A stretch of 64,000 bases of DNA, from NCBI RefSeq assembly GCF_018350175.1, contig NC_058368.1, positions 238,826,001-238,890,000 of the forward strand, written 5' to 3'. The notes beneath the pieces were generated by a model. It searched no databases. It was not told the origin of the DNA and worked only from the letters and a program-made list of their open reading frames with translations. Position 1 is the first letter of the stretch, and each line of letters starts with the position of its first letter. Positions 11,801 through 24,100 of the stretch are shown one piece after another. The position numbers were made by a program, and so were the translations under genes. The stretch is from Felis catus. Its lineage: Eukaryota.

Positions 11801-13214
11801 CAGCGCCTACCTGTCCCATGCTCCACCTCGCTCCTCCGCCATCCCTGCCCCCGGCCCCGGTGCTGACCCTTTGGGGGTTGGGTGCTTAGGTGTGTGCGCA
11901 GCGGGATTGCAGCCGGCCCGTAACAGAGCTTGTGAATGACCTTCCTGTCAGGCAGGTTGAGGATCACACTCGGTGGAGTGCTCTGCGCGCCCTAAAAATA
12001 GGGGCGAGTCTGTGTTGAGGGAAGGGGACACTGGGCTGCAGCAGAGGGGACAAGGGTGGGTTGCAGAGTGGGGCCCACAGCACGCCTGTCCCATTAGAAG
12101 TTCAGGGCATGCAGTTGTGCGTGGGAAGAGTCCTGGTTGTCCCGGACGGGGGTTATGGCTCTGGGTTTAGGTCTGTTTCTTAGTGTTGTAGCTCCTGGAG
12201 TTTTTCTCATAGAGCGAAGATGTCTCTTTCGGAGGCACATTTCTCGTAGGTGTGAGTGGCTGAGGTCACCGTGGCTCCAGGTCAGCTGGGAGGCCCGACC
12301 GCCTGCAGACTCGGGGGACTCCTGGGGTAGTGCCTCCCCTGCCCCACTCCCCGGTGCCTCTTTCAGGGTCTGCCGAGTCGAGGGGTTGAGGTCACAGGCT
12401 CCAGAAAAAACCCCCAGCGAGGGGCCAGCAGCCCTCACACAGGCGTATCCGGGGAAGCACGTTCTGTGCAGAAGGCCGAGACCTTGCTCGTCTTCATTTA
12501 CCGAAAAGCACTTTCGAGCGCTGTAAAGGCTACACTTTGCCGCGGCTTGAGCTCTGCCGGTGGGAGTGGTGGCCTCACAGCTGACACTCACATGCCGTGT
12601 CAGACGTGGCCATTCAAAAGTGAGTGCACTGTGGGAGGCCTGCACTCTGGCGGGTGCCCTGCCCTGAACTTGAACTTTGTTCAGTTACTGGCATCTCCCA
12701 CCATCCGCGGCCTCTGCCGTGCAGATGGCTGGGCTCTTGGGGGTCTGAGACCCTGCTCAGGCAGCCTGTCGTCTGCCCTGGGTCTCTGGTGGCATGTTGG
12801 CCTGGCCCGGGGGAGCGCTGTGGGAGCGTTGCGGCTCCAACACGTCTCACGCCAAAACCTGGACTAAACCCTTAGGAATGATGAAAAACGAACGTCAGGA
12901 ACTGAGCTTGGGCTAAGAAGGGACCCAGGCCCCACCGAGTCTGCCCAAGAGGGAGATCGTTAGGTTCCCTTCCTGTGGCCTGAATCCGGAGGACCAGTCC
13001 CGGCATTTGCGGAAGGAGTGGACGGGGGCCTGGCTCAGATCTGGTGGGGGGGGGGGTTTAGGAGGTCGTCTAGGGAGTGACGCCAGCACAGGCTCCAAAG
13101 GCAAGAGATGGCCATTAGCGGAGGGGGTGGGGGGGACGACGTGGCTCCAGGCTGAGGAAATAGCACGAGAAAGGCCAGGAACGAGAAGTGAGCCGAGAAA
13201 TCTTGTGTGCCTAA

Positions 13215-13460
13215 GCTGTGAGTGTGTGTGTGTGTGTGGTGTATGTCTGTGTCGTGTGTGTGTCTTGTGTGCGTGCTGTACGTGTGGTGCATGTGTATGT
13301 CTCTGGTGCGTGTGTTCCACGTGTATGTGCGCTCTGTGGTGTGTGTGTGTGGTCTGTCACGTACGTGGTATGTGCGGTGTGTTGCGTGTGCACGTGTGTT
13401 CCGTGTGTTGTGTGAATGTGTGGATGGACGTGTCCGCACGGGTGTCTCGTGCACACGCGG
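13215..13460. repeat. Degenerate (TG)n tract
   Basis: TG-rich run. Confidence 0.85.
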
Positions 13461-13679
13461 AGCCCACGTTAACTGTGCCATCTGGTCCCGGCAGGAGTTA
13501 GGAGCCTGTGCGTTTGTTGGTAACTGTGTATTTGTCCTGGGGAGAACTGCTGGAATCTTCTGAGAGTGAAAAACCGAACCGGAAGATCCAAGGGGGTGTT
13601 CGAGCCGAGCACCTGCCCCGCCAAGGGGCCTGGGGCGAGGCCCCTGCTACCACCTGCAGCTGCTCTCTCCAGACCCCCC

Positions 13680-13760
13680 AGACCCCCCCCCCCCCCCCGG
13701 CTCACCAGCGCCCACGTGGCTGGCGGTGCCGGCCGCAGCCACTCCCGGTGACGGTAAGCG
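13680..13760 (+). promoter_or_regulatory. Candidate ZDHHC11 promoter / non-coding first exon
   Basis: Small CpG-rich patch with CACGTG boxes ending at donor ACG|gtaagc (13754); the coding ATG at 14930 directly follows an acceptor, implying an upstream exon. Confidence 0.35.
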
Positions 13761-14929
13761 TGCACCTCCCGCCGCGGCTGCTTGGGCCACGTGCGTGGTT
13801 GTGACCTCACACTCAGGCCGCTGTGGTCCTGCCCCGGGACCAAGGCTGCGCTCGCCCCCCGTGGAGTGTTGCTCTTGGTGCCACTTTGAGGTCGGCTGCA
13901 GGGAAGCTTCCGGGTGGCCTCCGAGGAGTGCTGCTGCGGTGCCCCCACGCGTGCACTCTCAGTCCCATGTTCCCGTGACGCTTTGGCTGTCTCTGTTGGG
14001 GTTCAAAGTAGTCTCAGAGCGTGAAAACTCGCTCTGCTTCAAGTGTTGCCAAATCCAGTGCCAGCTGCGACCTCAGGGCTTCCACACGTCAGCGATGCCG
14101 TTTCTGTCCTGGGAAGCCCCGTAGGATGCGGCCCACCCTTGCCTTCCACGGGCTCCTGGGCCGACGTGCGCCCTCCCGTGCCTTCCCTGTGCCCTCCTCG
14201 TGTCCTGTCCGCACCCCGTCGCTCCTTCGACAAGATGAGTGCCGTCGCCACTGCCATCCTCCACGGCACTTCCGGTTTCTCCCACGTCCCTGCTTCACCT
14301 CCCTGGGCCGAGGTCTGCGGTTACGCCCTAGAGCCCACCTCCCCGTTAGTGGGGTTTGGTTTTCAGAAGCATCCTTCGCATTGGCCGGTACTTCCATCCA
14401 AGTGTTGTTTTCACGCAGGAATCGTGTCGTTCGTAACACGGTGCCTTCCTGTGCTCCAACCCCCGGGGTGCTGGCCTCGCCGTCCATGTGGGATGGTCTC
14501 TGTGGTCCCCCAGGGGTCTCACTGATCAGGTAAGCCCTGCCTGGCCCCACACCCCGAGAAGAGTGGCAGAAATCCGCCCTAATGAGGCAAAGTCCCCAGG
14601 ACCCTCGGCTCTGCCAGGGGCGGCTGTGATGTGGCTCACCTTCTCCAACAGCCGGACACCTGGCCAGAAGTGGCCACGGCTCCCTCCCAGCCCCTCAGCT
14701 CGACCTGGGTGTCCCCAGAGTGCCCAGAGACCCCAGAAGCCCCTTGGTCAGCAGGCCTTTGTTCTGCAGCAGGAACGCGGTCTCTTGTTCTGTCCTCGAG
14801 GGAAACTTGCAGAAGATTCCCTGAGGATCTCGGCACACACAAGTGTCGCGTGGTCACAGGATCTGCTTTTCCTGCAATCTTTTCCTTGGTGTCCCTGGGG
14901 GTGGGGGTGACCCTCCTCCCGTCTTGCAG

Positions 14930-15142
14930 ATGGAGCTGTGCGGCCGGAGCCAGAGAGGGGCCCTGTAGGAAGCCAGCAGGAAGCAGGCCTCTCCCCGCCG
15001 CTGGTCCGGAGTGAATGGCTGGTCGTGGCCCCTGCACACCTTCCAGGCGGTGGCCTGGACCACACTGTTCATCTTGGCCTTCGCCAACTTCGGTATCTTC
15101 GTCCCCTTGCTGCCGCCTAACTGGAACTTGGTCATCTATGGT
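14930..15142 (+). CDS. ZDHHC11: ZDHHC11 first coding exon (contains TAG 14966-14968)
   Basis: cttgcag|[73 protein letters not shown]; donor |gtatcctt. Confidence 0.88.
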
Positions 15143-18100
15143 GTATCCTTCACTGTGGGAGCAGCGCCCGCTGTCCCAGGGAGGCTCCCCGCGGGCCCTG
15201 CCCCAGATCTGGCTCGGGGCCCTGCCACGCCTACCAGCCCCCGCTGCGACCCCTGTTCTGCGACCCCGCTCCTCCTCTTCACCCCAGACACCCGCCACGG
15301 CCACGCTGCCTGAAACCTTACGTTCGTTCTCGGTGTGGCTCCCTGGCTTGGGGCCGGGGCTAAAAGCACAGAGTGTCTGCTGCTTGCCTGACGTCAGTGC
15401 AGGGAGAGCACGCCTGGGGGCCAGGGCTGGAGGGGCTTTGGGGTGAGGCAGGCAGCCTGGATGACAGGAAAGGGTCGCAGAGGGGTCGCGGGGCTGGGTC
15501 AGAAACTGAAGGCTGAGTCCCAGGGATTCACGTGGCGTTCGTTCTCAGGGTCTGGGGTGCCCCATGCGGGCCCCACTTGTCTGCAGGTCTGCAGTGGGCT
15601 GAGTCAGGCTGGCTGGCGGGGGAGCCACGCCAGGGGTGCGAGGAAGACGCCGATTATAACCGTGTCCCTCTTGCGACAGGTGAGTCTGGTGGCGGGTGTT
15701 GGCTGGGCCTGGAGTGGCCGAGGCCAGAGAGAAAACCCGCTGGCTGTTAGGAGCCACATAGGCCACAGTGGGGACCTTGGTGGTGGGGACCCCGTGGTGG
15801 CCTTGAAAGGAGGCTCCAGACGTGTCAATAGAGTAGGCTTCAGGCCAGGTGGGCGGGCGTCGGGGATGCACTTGGGGCTGGCGCGCAGGCCCCATGGTGG
15901 AGCGTGGCAGGTGCAGCCGAGTGCTCCTCCCCCAGCCAGGCGGGCATCGCCAGCCTTGCCCCCTCCTCACACCTCACTCTGTGGGTGACGGACCTCAGTT
16001 TCGCCAGCGCATCTGTGCTCCGGGGGCCACCGCTGGCCAACCCCACCAGTGAGCCTGGGCGTCCCCCATGGCCTGATGTGCAAGCCTGCTGCCCCCCCAG
16101 CGCCACGCAGCCCCCGATCTGGCCGGCCTCCCTCTGTGGGGCCCTCAGGGTGTCTGATCCAGCGGCACAGAGCTGGGAATGTGGGTCCTGTGTGTCCGGA
16201 TGCAGCTGCCCCACTTCTAGGCCTGTGGCCCAGGGTTGACGACGCTGGGTGGGGCCTGCAAAGCCAACATCCCACGCCCCACATCACCCCGTATAACTTG
16301 TGTCTTTCACACACAAGAGGATGGGCAGAAGTCGGCCAGCCTTGTAGATTTCTCCACTGGTCCCCAAAACCTGCTTTGTTGGGTTTTTTAAATTCAGAAT
16401 CCAGGCACAGTTCACGCTTTGCATGTGGCGAGGGGTCTCCTCTCTCTGTCCCAGCACGAAGGCCAACAGTGCCCGACCCACGACTTCCTGGTCAGAGTGG
16501 CACTCTCACTGGGACTCGCACCACAGCGAAACATCTCCCAGTTCTGAGAGGGAGCCCTCTCTTGTTCTGGGAAGAGAAGCCCTTAGTGTCGGCAGGGGCC
16601 AGCTCCGGGGAGGGCCAGTTCCTGGCCTCCTTGCTGCCTCCAGCTGCCCCTCTATCTGTATCCTAACCTCCGTCCCTGACTGTGGGTTTGTTTGCATTCT
16701 GGGTTCTAATCCGTTGTATCCCTTCTCCCTTCGCTGTGGCTCAGCCTGTTCTGGGGCCTTCTCGAGCTGCCTCGTGTTCTCTGTCCAGGGAGCACTCTGA
16801 GAACTCACCTGCTTTCGGGCCCAGAGGGCGCCCCGAGCTCACTTGCACACCCTTTCTCCCAGGAGCCCCTGGCTGGCCCGAGTCCCAGGTTCTGGCTGGC
16901 TTCCTTTCCCCTCAGGCTCCGCAGCGCTTGGCCACCGGGGGGCGCCAGCGTCGTTCGGCGCTGCAGGGACTGCTGCCCCAGGAGGGAGGGCAGGGTCTGG
17001 GTTGCACCTCCAGAAGACACAGCAGACGAGGCGGACCCCTGGTTCCCCGCTGACCTCAGCGGCCAGCTTTCCCCACAGCCCTGCCCCTGCGAAGGGCCCC
17101 GGAGGGTCCCTGTGCTGAGGGACTGGCCTCTGACGTGACCCGTCTTAGTCCAGGAGCCTGCGCCGTGGCCAGGCGAAACCCCTGGTTAGGTTAGCCTCAG
17201 TGACTGCAGGACTGGTGGGGGGTGGTGGGAGCTCTGGGGGGCGCCTCACCCCTTCCTGCTGCAGAACCGGAAGGACCCGAGAGGAAGGTCCCGAGAGGAC
17301 CCGAGAGGAAGGTCGGGAGGGCGTGTGTCCTGGGCTGGCGGAGCTGTGTGTTTACCAAACACAGATTGTCGCTAAGGGGATGGGGCCTCGAGGGCAGGGC
17401 CTGGCCTTCTGCCGCTGGAGACCTCCTACCCTGTGCCTTTTACTTTTTGTTATTCTCTGCAACCTGAGAGACACCCATAACCCGGGCATCTGAACGTGGG
17501 GGCAGAACTTTGGTGTGGTGCCCACCTGCTGACACTTCTCAGCCAAGTGGCTGACGGAGTGAATGGCCAGGCAAAACGCGGTGGCCTTTTGCTCACCCGT
17601 GTCACTCCCACGGGTGACCTGCCTGAACCTGTGTTTGTGCTTAAGGGGGCTTGCCTACCACATGGCGGGGGGGCTGCCCCTCTGTTCCTGGGGGACACGT
17701 TCTGGTAGTGGCCTGGCCACGGCACCTGCAGGGTTGGGACAGGAGGGGAAAATCAGGCTCAGGTCAGGGGCCTCGCTGCCTCCAGTTTGAGGCTAGAGTG
17801 CAGGCCACGCTGCCCCTACACTGCCTCCAAGGGCCCCAACGCCTCAGTCCCTCCCCCACACCTAGCCTGCCTGTTTCTGATGCGACAGAGGAAGGGGCCT
17901 TCCTGCCGCACCTCTTGTCCTGGGCCGGACCCCTGTGCTCAGGACCTGCTCCCGCTGCCCCAGTAACCACACAAACAGTGCTTGCCTCCAGCCAGCGCCT
18001 CAGGCTTCAGGGAGCAGGTGCAGGGAGACCGTGTGCCAGCACTGTGTTGGTGTCTCCAGCTGTGATGGCAAAGCCTGACCAGGCCCCTGACCACCTGGCC

Positions 18101-21100
18101 GCGGCCCCATCCCCTGAATGGAACAGCAGAGCAGGGGAGGGTCAGGCCTTACCCAGCCCCGCAGGGTCCGGTGGCCACAGGAAGGGCCTTGGTGTCACCA
18201 CATCCCTTATGCGGCACTGAAGGATCTGGTCAGTCTCGCGCCCCCGTGCAGGTCCCCCAGGGCCCGGCTGGTTCTCAGCCACCCTTCCACTCACCCCTGG
18301 CCTGGGCACCAGCTTCCTGGGCTGATCCTCATGGCCCTCAGCTCATTCTCGCCGGCCCTCCTCCTGCCCTCCTCCCCCAGCAGGGCTGGGTCCCCATTGC
18401 CTCCGTGCCGTCATCTGGCAGCCCGAGTCCCGGGTCTGCACGTGGTGCCTAGAGGCTGGAGGGCGAGGGAGGAATGAGCGATCTGGGCCAGAAGCGGCCT
18501 CCCACTCAGGCTAGTGCATTGTGGAGGCAGGACCCCGCCTGTCAGCCCCAGGCCCGTGGAGGCGGAGGCAGAGGCTGAGGCAGAGGCTGAGGCGGAGGCG
18601 GCTGGCAGGTCTGAGGAGGACCCTGAGGGGGCTTCCCGCAGGACTGAGAGTAGCCCCAGCCCCCTGCCCCGAACCCCCACCCCTGTCAGATCCCGGCAGA
18701 ACTCCGTGCACTGTGGCCTCGCCTCCCGGGCTGGGTCATTTCCCCCTGCCACACCCTGGAACCCAGCCTGTAAACCCTGAACCCTCCCATTCAGCACCAG
18801 TCCTGGGAAGCAGGGCAGGGCTGACAGGGAGGCGGCTTCCACCTCTTCTGTTTGGTTTCCAAGGGGACAGACAGTGTGTTGGTCCTGAAGGGGAGGAGGA
18901 GGATGGGAGCCCGGGGACTGGTTTTACCCTGGGTGCCACGGCGGGAGTGGGTCCAGAGAGCCAGAGGGGCCTAGGGGCGAGGAGAGACAAGACGGGACCC
19001 AGACAGACCGTGCAGACTGGCCGCGTGAGCCCTCCCTGCTCCCCTCCATTTTTTGATGATACACTGTCTTCTTCCCCTGATGCACGTGCTCTGAGCATCT
19101 CTGCTGCCCAAAGAACCCCCACGACTTCGGCACCCAGCGTGGTGGCCGCTGGCCCCTGAGGGCCTTCCCTTGCTGCCTTGGTGAAGCGTGGGGTCCACAC
19201 CCTCAGGCCGCGAGCAGGCGCCTCCAGGGTCCTGCTTCTAGTTTGAGCGGGCACCTTCGCCGTGTTGACCAGGCCTGGCCGCACGTTCCTTGACACACTC
19301 ACGCCCAGGTGACTGGTGGGCTTTTCTGTTTCCACTTCGTGGTCCACTTGCTTGCAATTTCCATCGATCCTGCTGAAACCAACGTACGGCTCAAGAACCA
19401 CCCGGAGCCCGTACCCACCTTCGACCCATCCAAACACACGCATGTCATCGAGAACCAATACTGCCACCTGTGTGAGGTCACCGTGTGAGTGCCCAGCGTG
19501 TGGGGGCAGGCAGCCTCGAGGGCGCGGCCCCTGCCGTGTGGACCCGTCCCCTCCCCGTGCTGTGCACAGGCGGGTCCTGCCCCGGCCTTTCTGTTTCCAT
19601 GCAGCTGACTGGTGCTGCTTTCCTTGAATGAGCAGCAGTGGCCCTGAGACACGCAGGACCCCCCACCCATCTAGGGGCTCAGATGAGTCCCAGCCCCCCC
19701 ACCGGAACCCCACCCGGGCTAGTCAGAGCACTGAAGGCGCAGCAGGCAGCCTGGGAGGGAGGCCTGTGGCTCAGGATGGGAGCTGGTGGCACCGTGTGGC
19801 AGGCGTGGCTGAGGGAAGATAACCCGCCTGGGGCCTGGTCTTCCCTGCCACCTGTCTCTCTCTTCTGACCCTGTCTTCCTCCTGCACATGCTGCTAACGG
19901 GCTGCTCGTGTGAATTCTTCCTTCTAGGAACAAGAAGGCTAAACACTCTAGGGCCTGCAACAAGTGTGTATCTGACTTTGACCACCACTGCAAATGGCTT
20001 AACAACTGTGTAGGGGGCAGGAATTACAGGTGAGGGGCTGGAGGGGGAGGTCCGGGAGGGAGGGGCAGAGTCCTGGGGGAGGGAGAGGGAGACCCAGCAG
20101 AGAAGAGGGATAAGGGCATTGCAGGGCTGGGCCGGGGGGGGGTGGGTGGGGTGCTAGGGAAGGGGGAGGTGGGACTTGGCAGGGTGGAGGGTGAAAGGAC
20201 TGGGGGAAAGAGGGGGATTGGTCAGGGGGAGGGGGCCCAGAGAGAGGGGTCCTGCAGGCTGGGGGCCTCATGGGTAAGAGGGTGGGGGCCACAGGCAATG
20301 GGGGGAGTCCCGTGCTGTCCCCAGCACAGCGGTCCTTAGCATCTTTCTGTTCTCCTTGTCTGGCTCTGAAATGTGTTGGCCTGGAGCCCCTCCCGAATGT
20401 GGAGGCCCAGCCCCATCCAGAGGGGCTCAGGCTGAGCTGACTTGTCCTTGGCCCGCTGGCCTGGACCCGGGCGCTTTCTCCCGGAGGCCGTCAGAGCACA
20501 GAGGATGTGGGCCGAGGCTGCACTGGGAGCAGGTGTTCAGTCCTGCACGGGCTTCGCCAGGACCCCACGTGCTAGGGCCCAGGCTGTGAGTGGCCAAGAA
20601 AGTCGCAGGGGCTCCCCCGGTTAGTTCAGAGTGGCCTTCGCCGGCTCATGGCGCTGCAAGGGGTTCCACTGCTCACCCACCACTCATAGCAGGTGTGCTC
20701 CGTGCAGCCCGGTCATGGAGCGTCGTGGTCTGTGCTCCGGGCAGCCTGGTCCAGGAGGGCCATACTCCGTGCAGCCCAGTCAAGAAACGCTCCACTTGTT
20801 CAGGTTTGAAAAGCGTTGCTGCTTTGAGCAGAAGGAAATGCAAAGCTGTCATGATTAGAAAAGTCTAATGAGAATCGGGGGCCTGGGAGCCCCCATGCCG
20901 CCCTCTCCCGTACAGAGGAGGAGCCCCAGGCCAGCTGGGGCTGCCTCCTCACGGTAGCAGGGCTTTCTTCTCTCCCCCAGATGCTCCTCTTAAGGCCTTG
21001 GTGCCACAAGCTGGTGGCCTTGAGGTCTGGTCAGCCGTTGGGGACGGGCGAGGGTTTGTGGCCCTGCCACTGAGGAGGACCAAGCGGACCGGGCCCCAAA

Positions 21101-24100
21101 GGGCACACAGGGTGGAGTTCCGAGGTCCTGACAGTGGCCTCTGGGCACAACAGGCTGCAGAAGTTCCCGGTGGGGACGGCTGGGCCCCAGGAGCCCTCCT
21201 ACCCACTGGGCAGTGTCAGCAGCAAGGAGTGTGCACAGAAGTGAGTGAGGGCACCGTGTGTGCGGGGGTCCTGGTGAGGGCGTGGCCACCCCGTCCACGT
21301 GGAGTCCCAGACTCCCTCCTGTCCCTAACACTGTCAGGCAGAGAAAGCAACAGGAAATGACTGCATTTAGAAGACGAGTTGGCCAAAACAGTTGGCAAAG
21401 TGTGATAAGCTCCTGAGAGGACATGCCTTCACAGGGGAAGTGCCCGGACTGGGCGCTGAGGCACCACAGACGCGGGAGTCCGGGACGACAGCGACGTTTC
21501 TGGCCCCGAACGTGCAGCTGGAGTGGCTTTGGCCCTCACCCTGCCGGGAGGGCCGCCTCTGGCCGGGTGCCAGCAGCAGCGGATGGCCGAGGGCCTTCTG
21601 CTGAGGGTGAGCCCGCCGGCTGGAACAGCTGCACTGCACATTACAGGCTCCCCGGGGACCAGAGCCAGGTGTGGGGCCAGGCTTCTGCCCCCTGCGGCTC
21701 GGGGACGCACAGGACACGTGCCCTCCAGGGCCTTCGACAAGGGGCCACAGTGCAGGCTGCCCTCCACATCCATGTGACCCTTTGAGGACATTCACATTTT
21801 AGCTCTCTGCCTGAAGATGTGTTAAAAAAAACAAAAACAAACCTCAAGATGTTCTGGAAAAGAATAATGGAGTCAGATAAATTTCAGCTGGAGAAAAGAC
21901 ATTGATGAAGATTGAAAATGCTAAAGAAACAGTTTCCTTAAATATCACCACGGTAGAAAGCCCAAAGGAAGACCTTGCAGCAGAAGCTTATTCCAAGAAT
22001 TGCTGACCAGAATTTAATTTTTGGATGGTTAGATCATTCTCTGTCCTGAGCACAGGCAAGAGGACAGGAGTGATTCTGGTCTAATGCCAAAGCACAAGAT
22101 GTCACTTGTGCACGGAAGTGTGCACAGGCCCCTGGAGGGTGTGTGGAGATGATGCACCGTGGGCCGCCGGCCGGCCAGGTGCCTGTCCCAGCACCTCTGG
22201 CCTTCCCGACCTGCTGAGCTTCCATGCTTCTGGATGGAAGCACAGCACCCAGGATCCCGTGCAACATGGGGGGCAGGGGTGGTGGTCCCGACCCCGACCT
22301 GGTGGAGCCCTGGTGAGCGGTGGCGGCATGTGGAGGAAGCTGCGGGCGGCCCGACCTGCTTGGAGCCTCTGTGTACCCACCTGGGAGCCAGGCCGGGCCC
22401 TTCTCACTGCCGCGTGGGGGTGAGAGGGGGACAGGGAAACTGGAGGTGCCCTCAGGGCGTCCCCTGGGGAGCTCAGGTGCCAGGAGACAGGAAGAAGGCT
22501 GGGCCTTGGGTTCAGGGTCAGGGGCACCTTGCCCAGCCCTGAGTCTGGCTCTGCCCCCGCAGATATTTCTTCTGCTCCTTGGTCTCTGCCTCGGCCAGCC
22601 TGCTCTGCCTGATCACCATCCTGCTGTACGTCTTCATCCAGTACTTTGTCAACCCGGAGGTGCTGCGCACTCATCCCCTCTATGAAGGTATGGGGTGGGG
22701 GTGGGGGGCTCCTCTCTGGCGTTGCTTTCTCTCGGGTCCCTCATGGCGGTAGCCTCTCCCTCCAGCCGTCTTTCGGGGAAAGCTGTCCCTATGGGGGGGA
22801 ATCAGTCTGGCCCGCCCCCTAGCTGGTTGAGCTGCGGGGCCGGGCAGGAGGGCAGCAGCCCCCCAGGCACCAGAAGGCAGGTTTGGGGCCCGGTGCCCAT
22901 CACCCAGTAGTTGGTCTTGGCAGGGAGCAGGGTGGGGCGGGAGGGCAGGGCTGCCTGGGGAAGGTGCCGGGTGGTGTGTGGCTGCAGGTGTCTGCTGAGC
23001 GGCTCCAGGAGCCTGGCCTTGGGAACACGTGTGCCTCAAAGGTCTGCCCACCACTGCCCACCCTCCGGGCCTGTGACCTTGACCTTATTTGGAGAGAGGG
23101 TCCTCCCAAATGTGATTAAGGATCCTGAGATGATCATGGGTTACCCGGCAATGTGTAGGGTCCTGGATCCAGTGAAAACATCCTTATAAGAGAGTGGGGG
23201 GACATGGGCACAAGCCCAGGGGTGCCTGGAGCCCCAGAAGCTGGAAGATCCAAGGATAGATCCTCCCCCGTGGCCTTGGAGGGAGACGGGCCCTGCAACA
23301 GCCTGACATCGGGGCTTCATCTCTGCTGTTGAAACTGCCTGGTCTATGGCCATCGGTCACAGCAGCCCTGGACACTGATGTAGGGAGGACCCCAAGCGGA
23401 GCACCTCGTGTGTCTGTCCTGAGTGTTTGGGGATCTCAGCCCTCAGGGTGCAGAGCAAAGCTTCCTTTCTCAGTCCAGGCCTCTCTCCAGAGCACGTCAC
23501 GGCCATGCCCTCTTCCTGGAGAGGCACCATGCCCTGTGCACCTTCACCCCCAGGCCCGCACTGCACCTGGGCTGGATGAGCCCTCGTGGGATGGGCCATC
23601 TGACCTGCACCTGCTCCGGAGTGCATCCTGGTGATTTCCATGGTAAAAGGGAACAGTGGGGTCTCAGCGAGACCCGGCCCTGCTCAGCGGGAAGAGCCGC
23701 CTGCGCTCTGCACACAGCCAGCTGGAGGCCTCCGCCTGCCATCCTTCCTGACAGTCTCCACACGCGGCCTGAGCAGAAGGGCTGGCCGGTGACCGCCGCC
23801 TCAGAACAGTCACCGGCGGGCACTGGGGCTTCCCCGCAAAGGTCCTCCCGGCCACGGGGCCTCTCATCGCCCCAGCACGCTCTGAAATGTGGCTCGCACG
23901 TGGTAAGGGGCAGCCTCAGCACACCCGAGTTCCATGGCACGTGTCCTTCCTCCCAATGTGGGTGTCGGCTGGGCCCTCGCTGCCACACGCTGGCAGGACA
24001 GAGGGCAGCCTGGTCTCCGAAGGTGCTTCTCTCTGGGAACTTGCTGGCCCCGGAACCATTGTGGATGTGCTGCACATGATTGCCTGATGACTGAGGCAAT

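Noticed and set aside
11379..13563. His/Thr- and Cys/Val-rich ORFs (also 27516-28060)
   Set aside because: Translations of (CA)n/(TG)n tracts
18514..18780. ORF with a poly-EA tract
   Set aside because: Translation of a hexamer microsatellite within an intron; no support as an exon
18736..19713. 325-aa minus-strand ORF
   Set aside because: Antisense shadow of ZDHHC11 exon 2 and GC-rich intron
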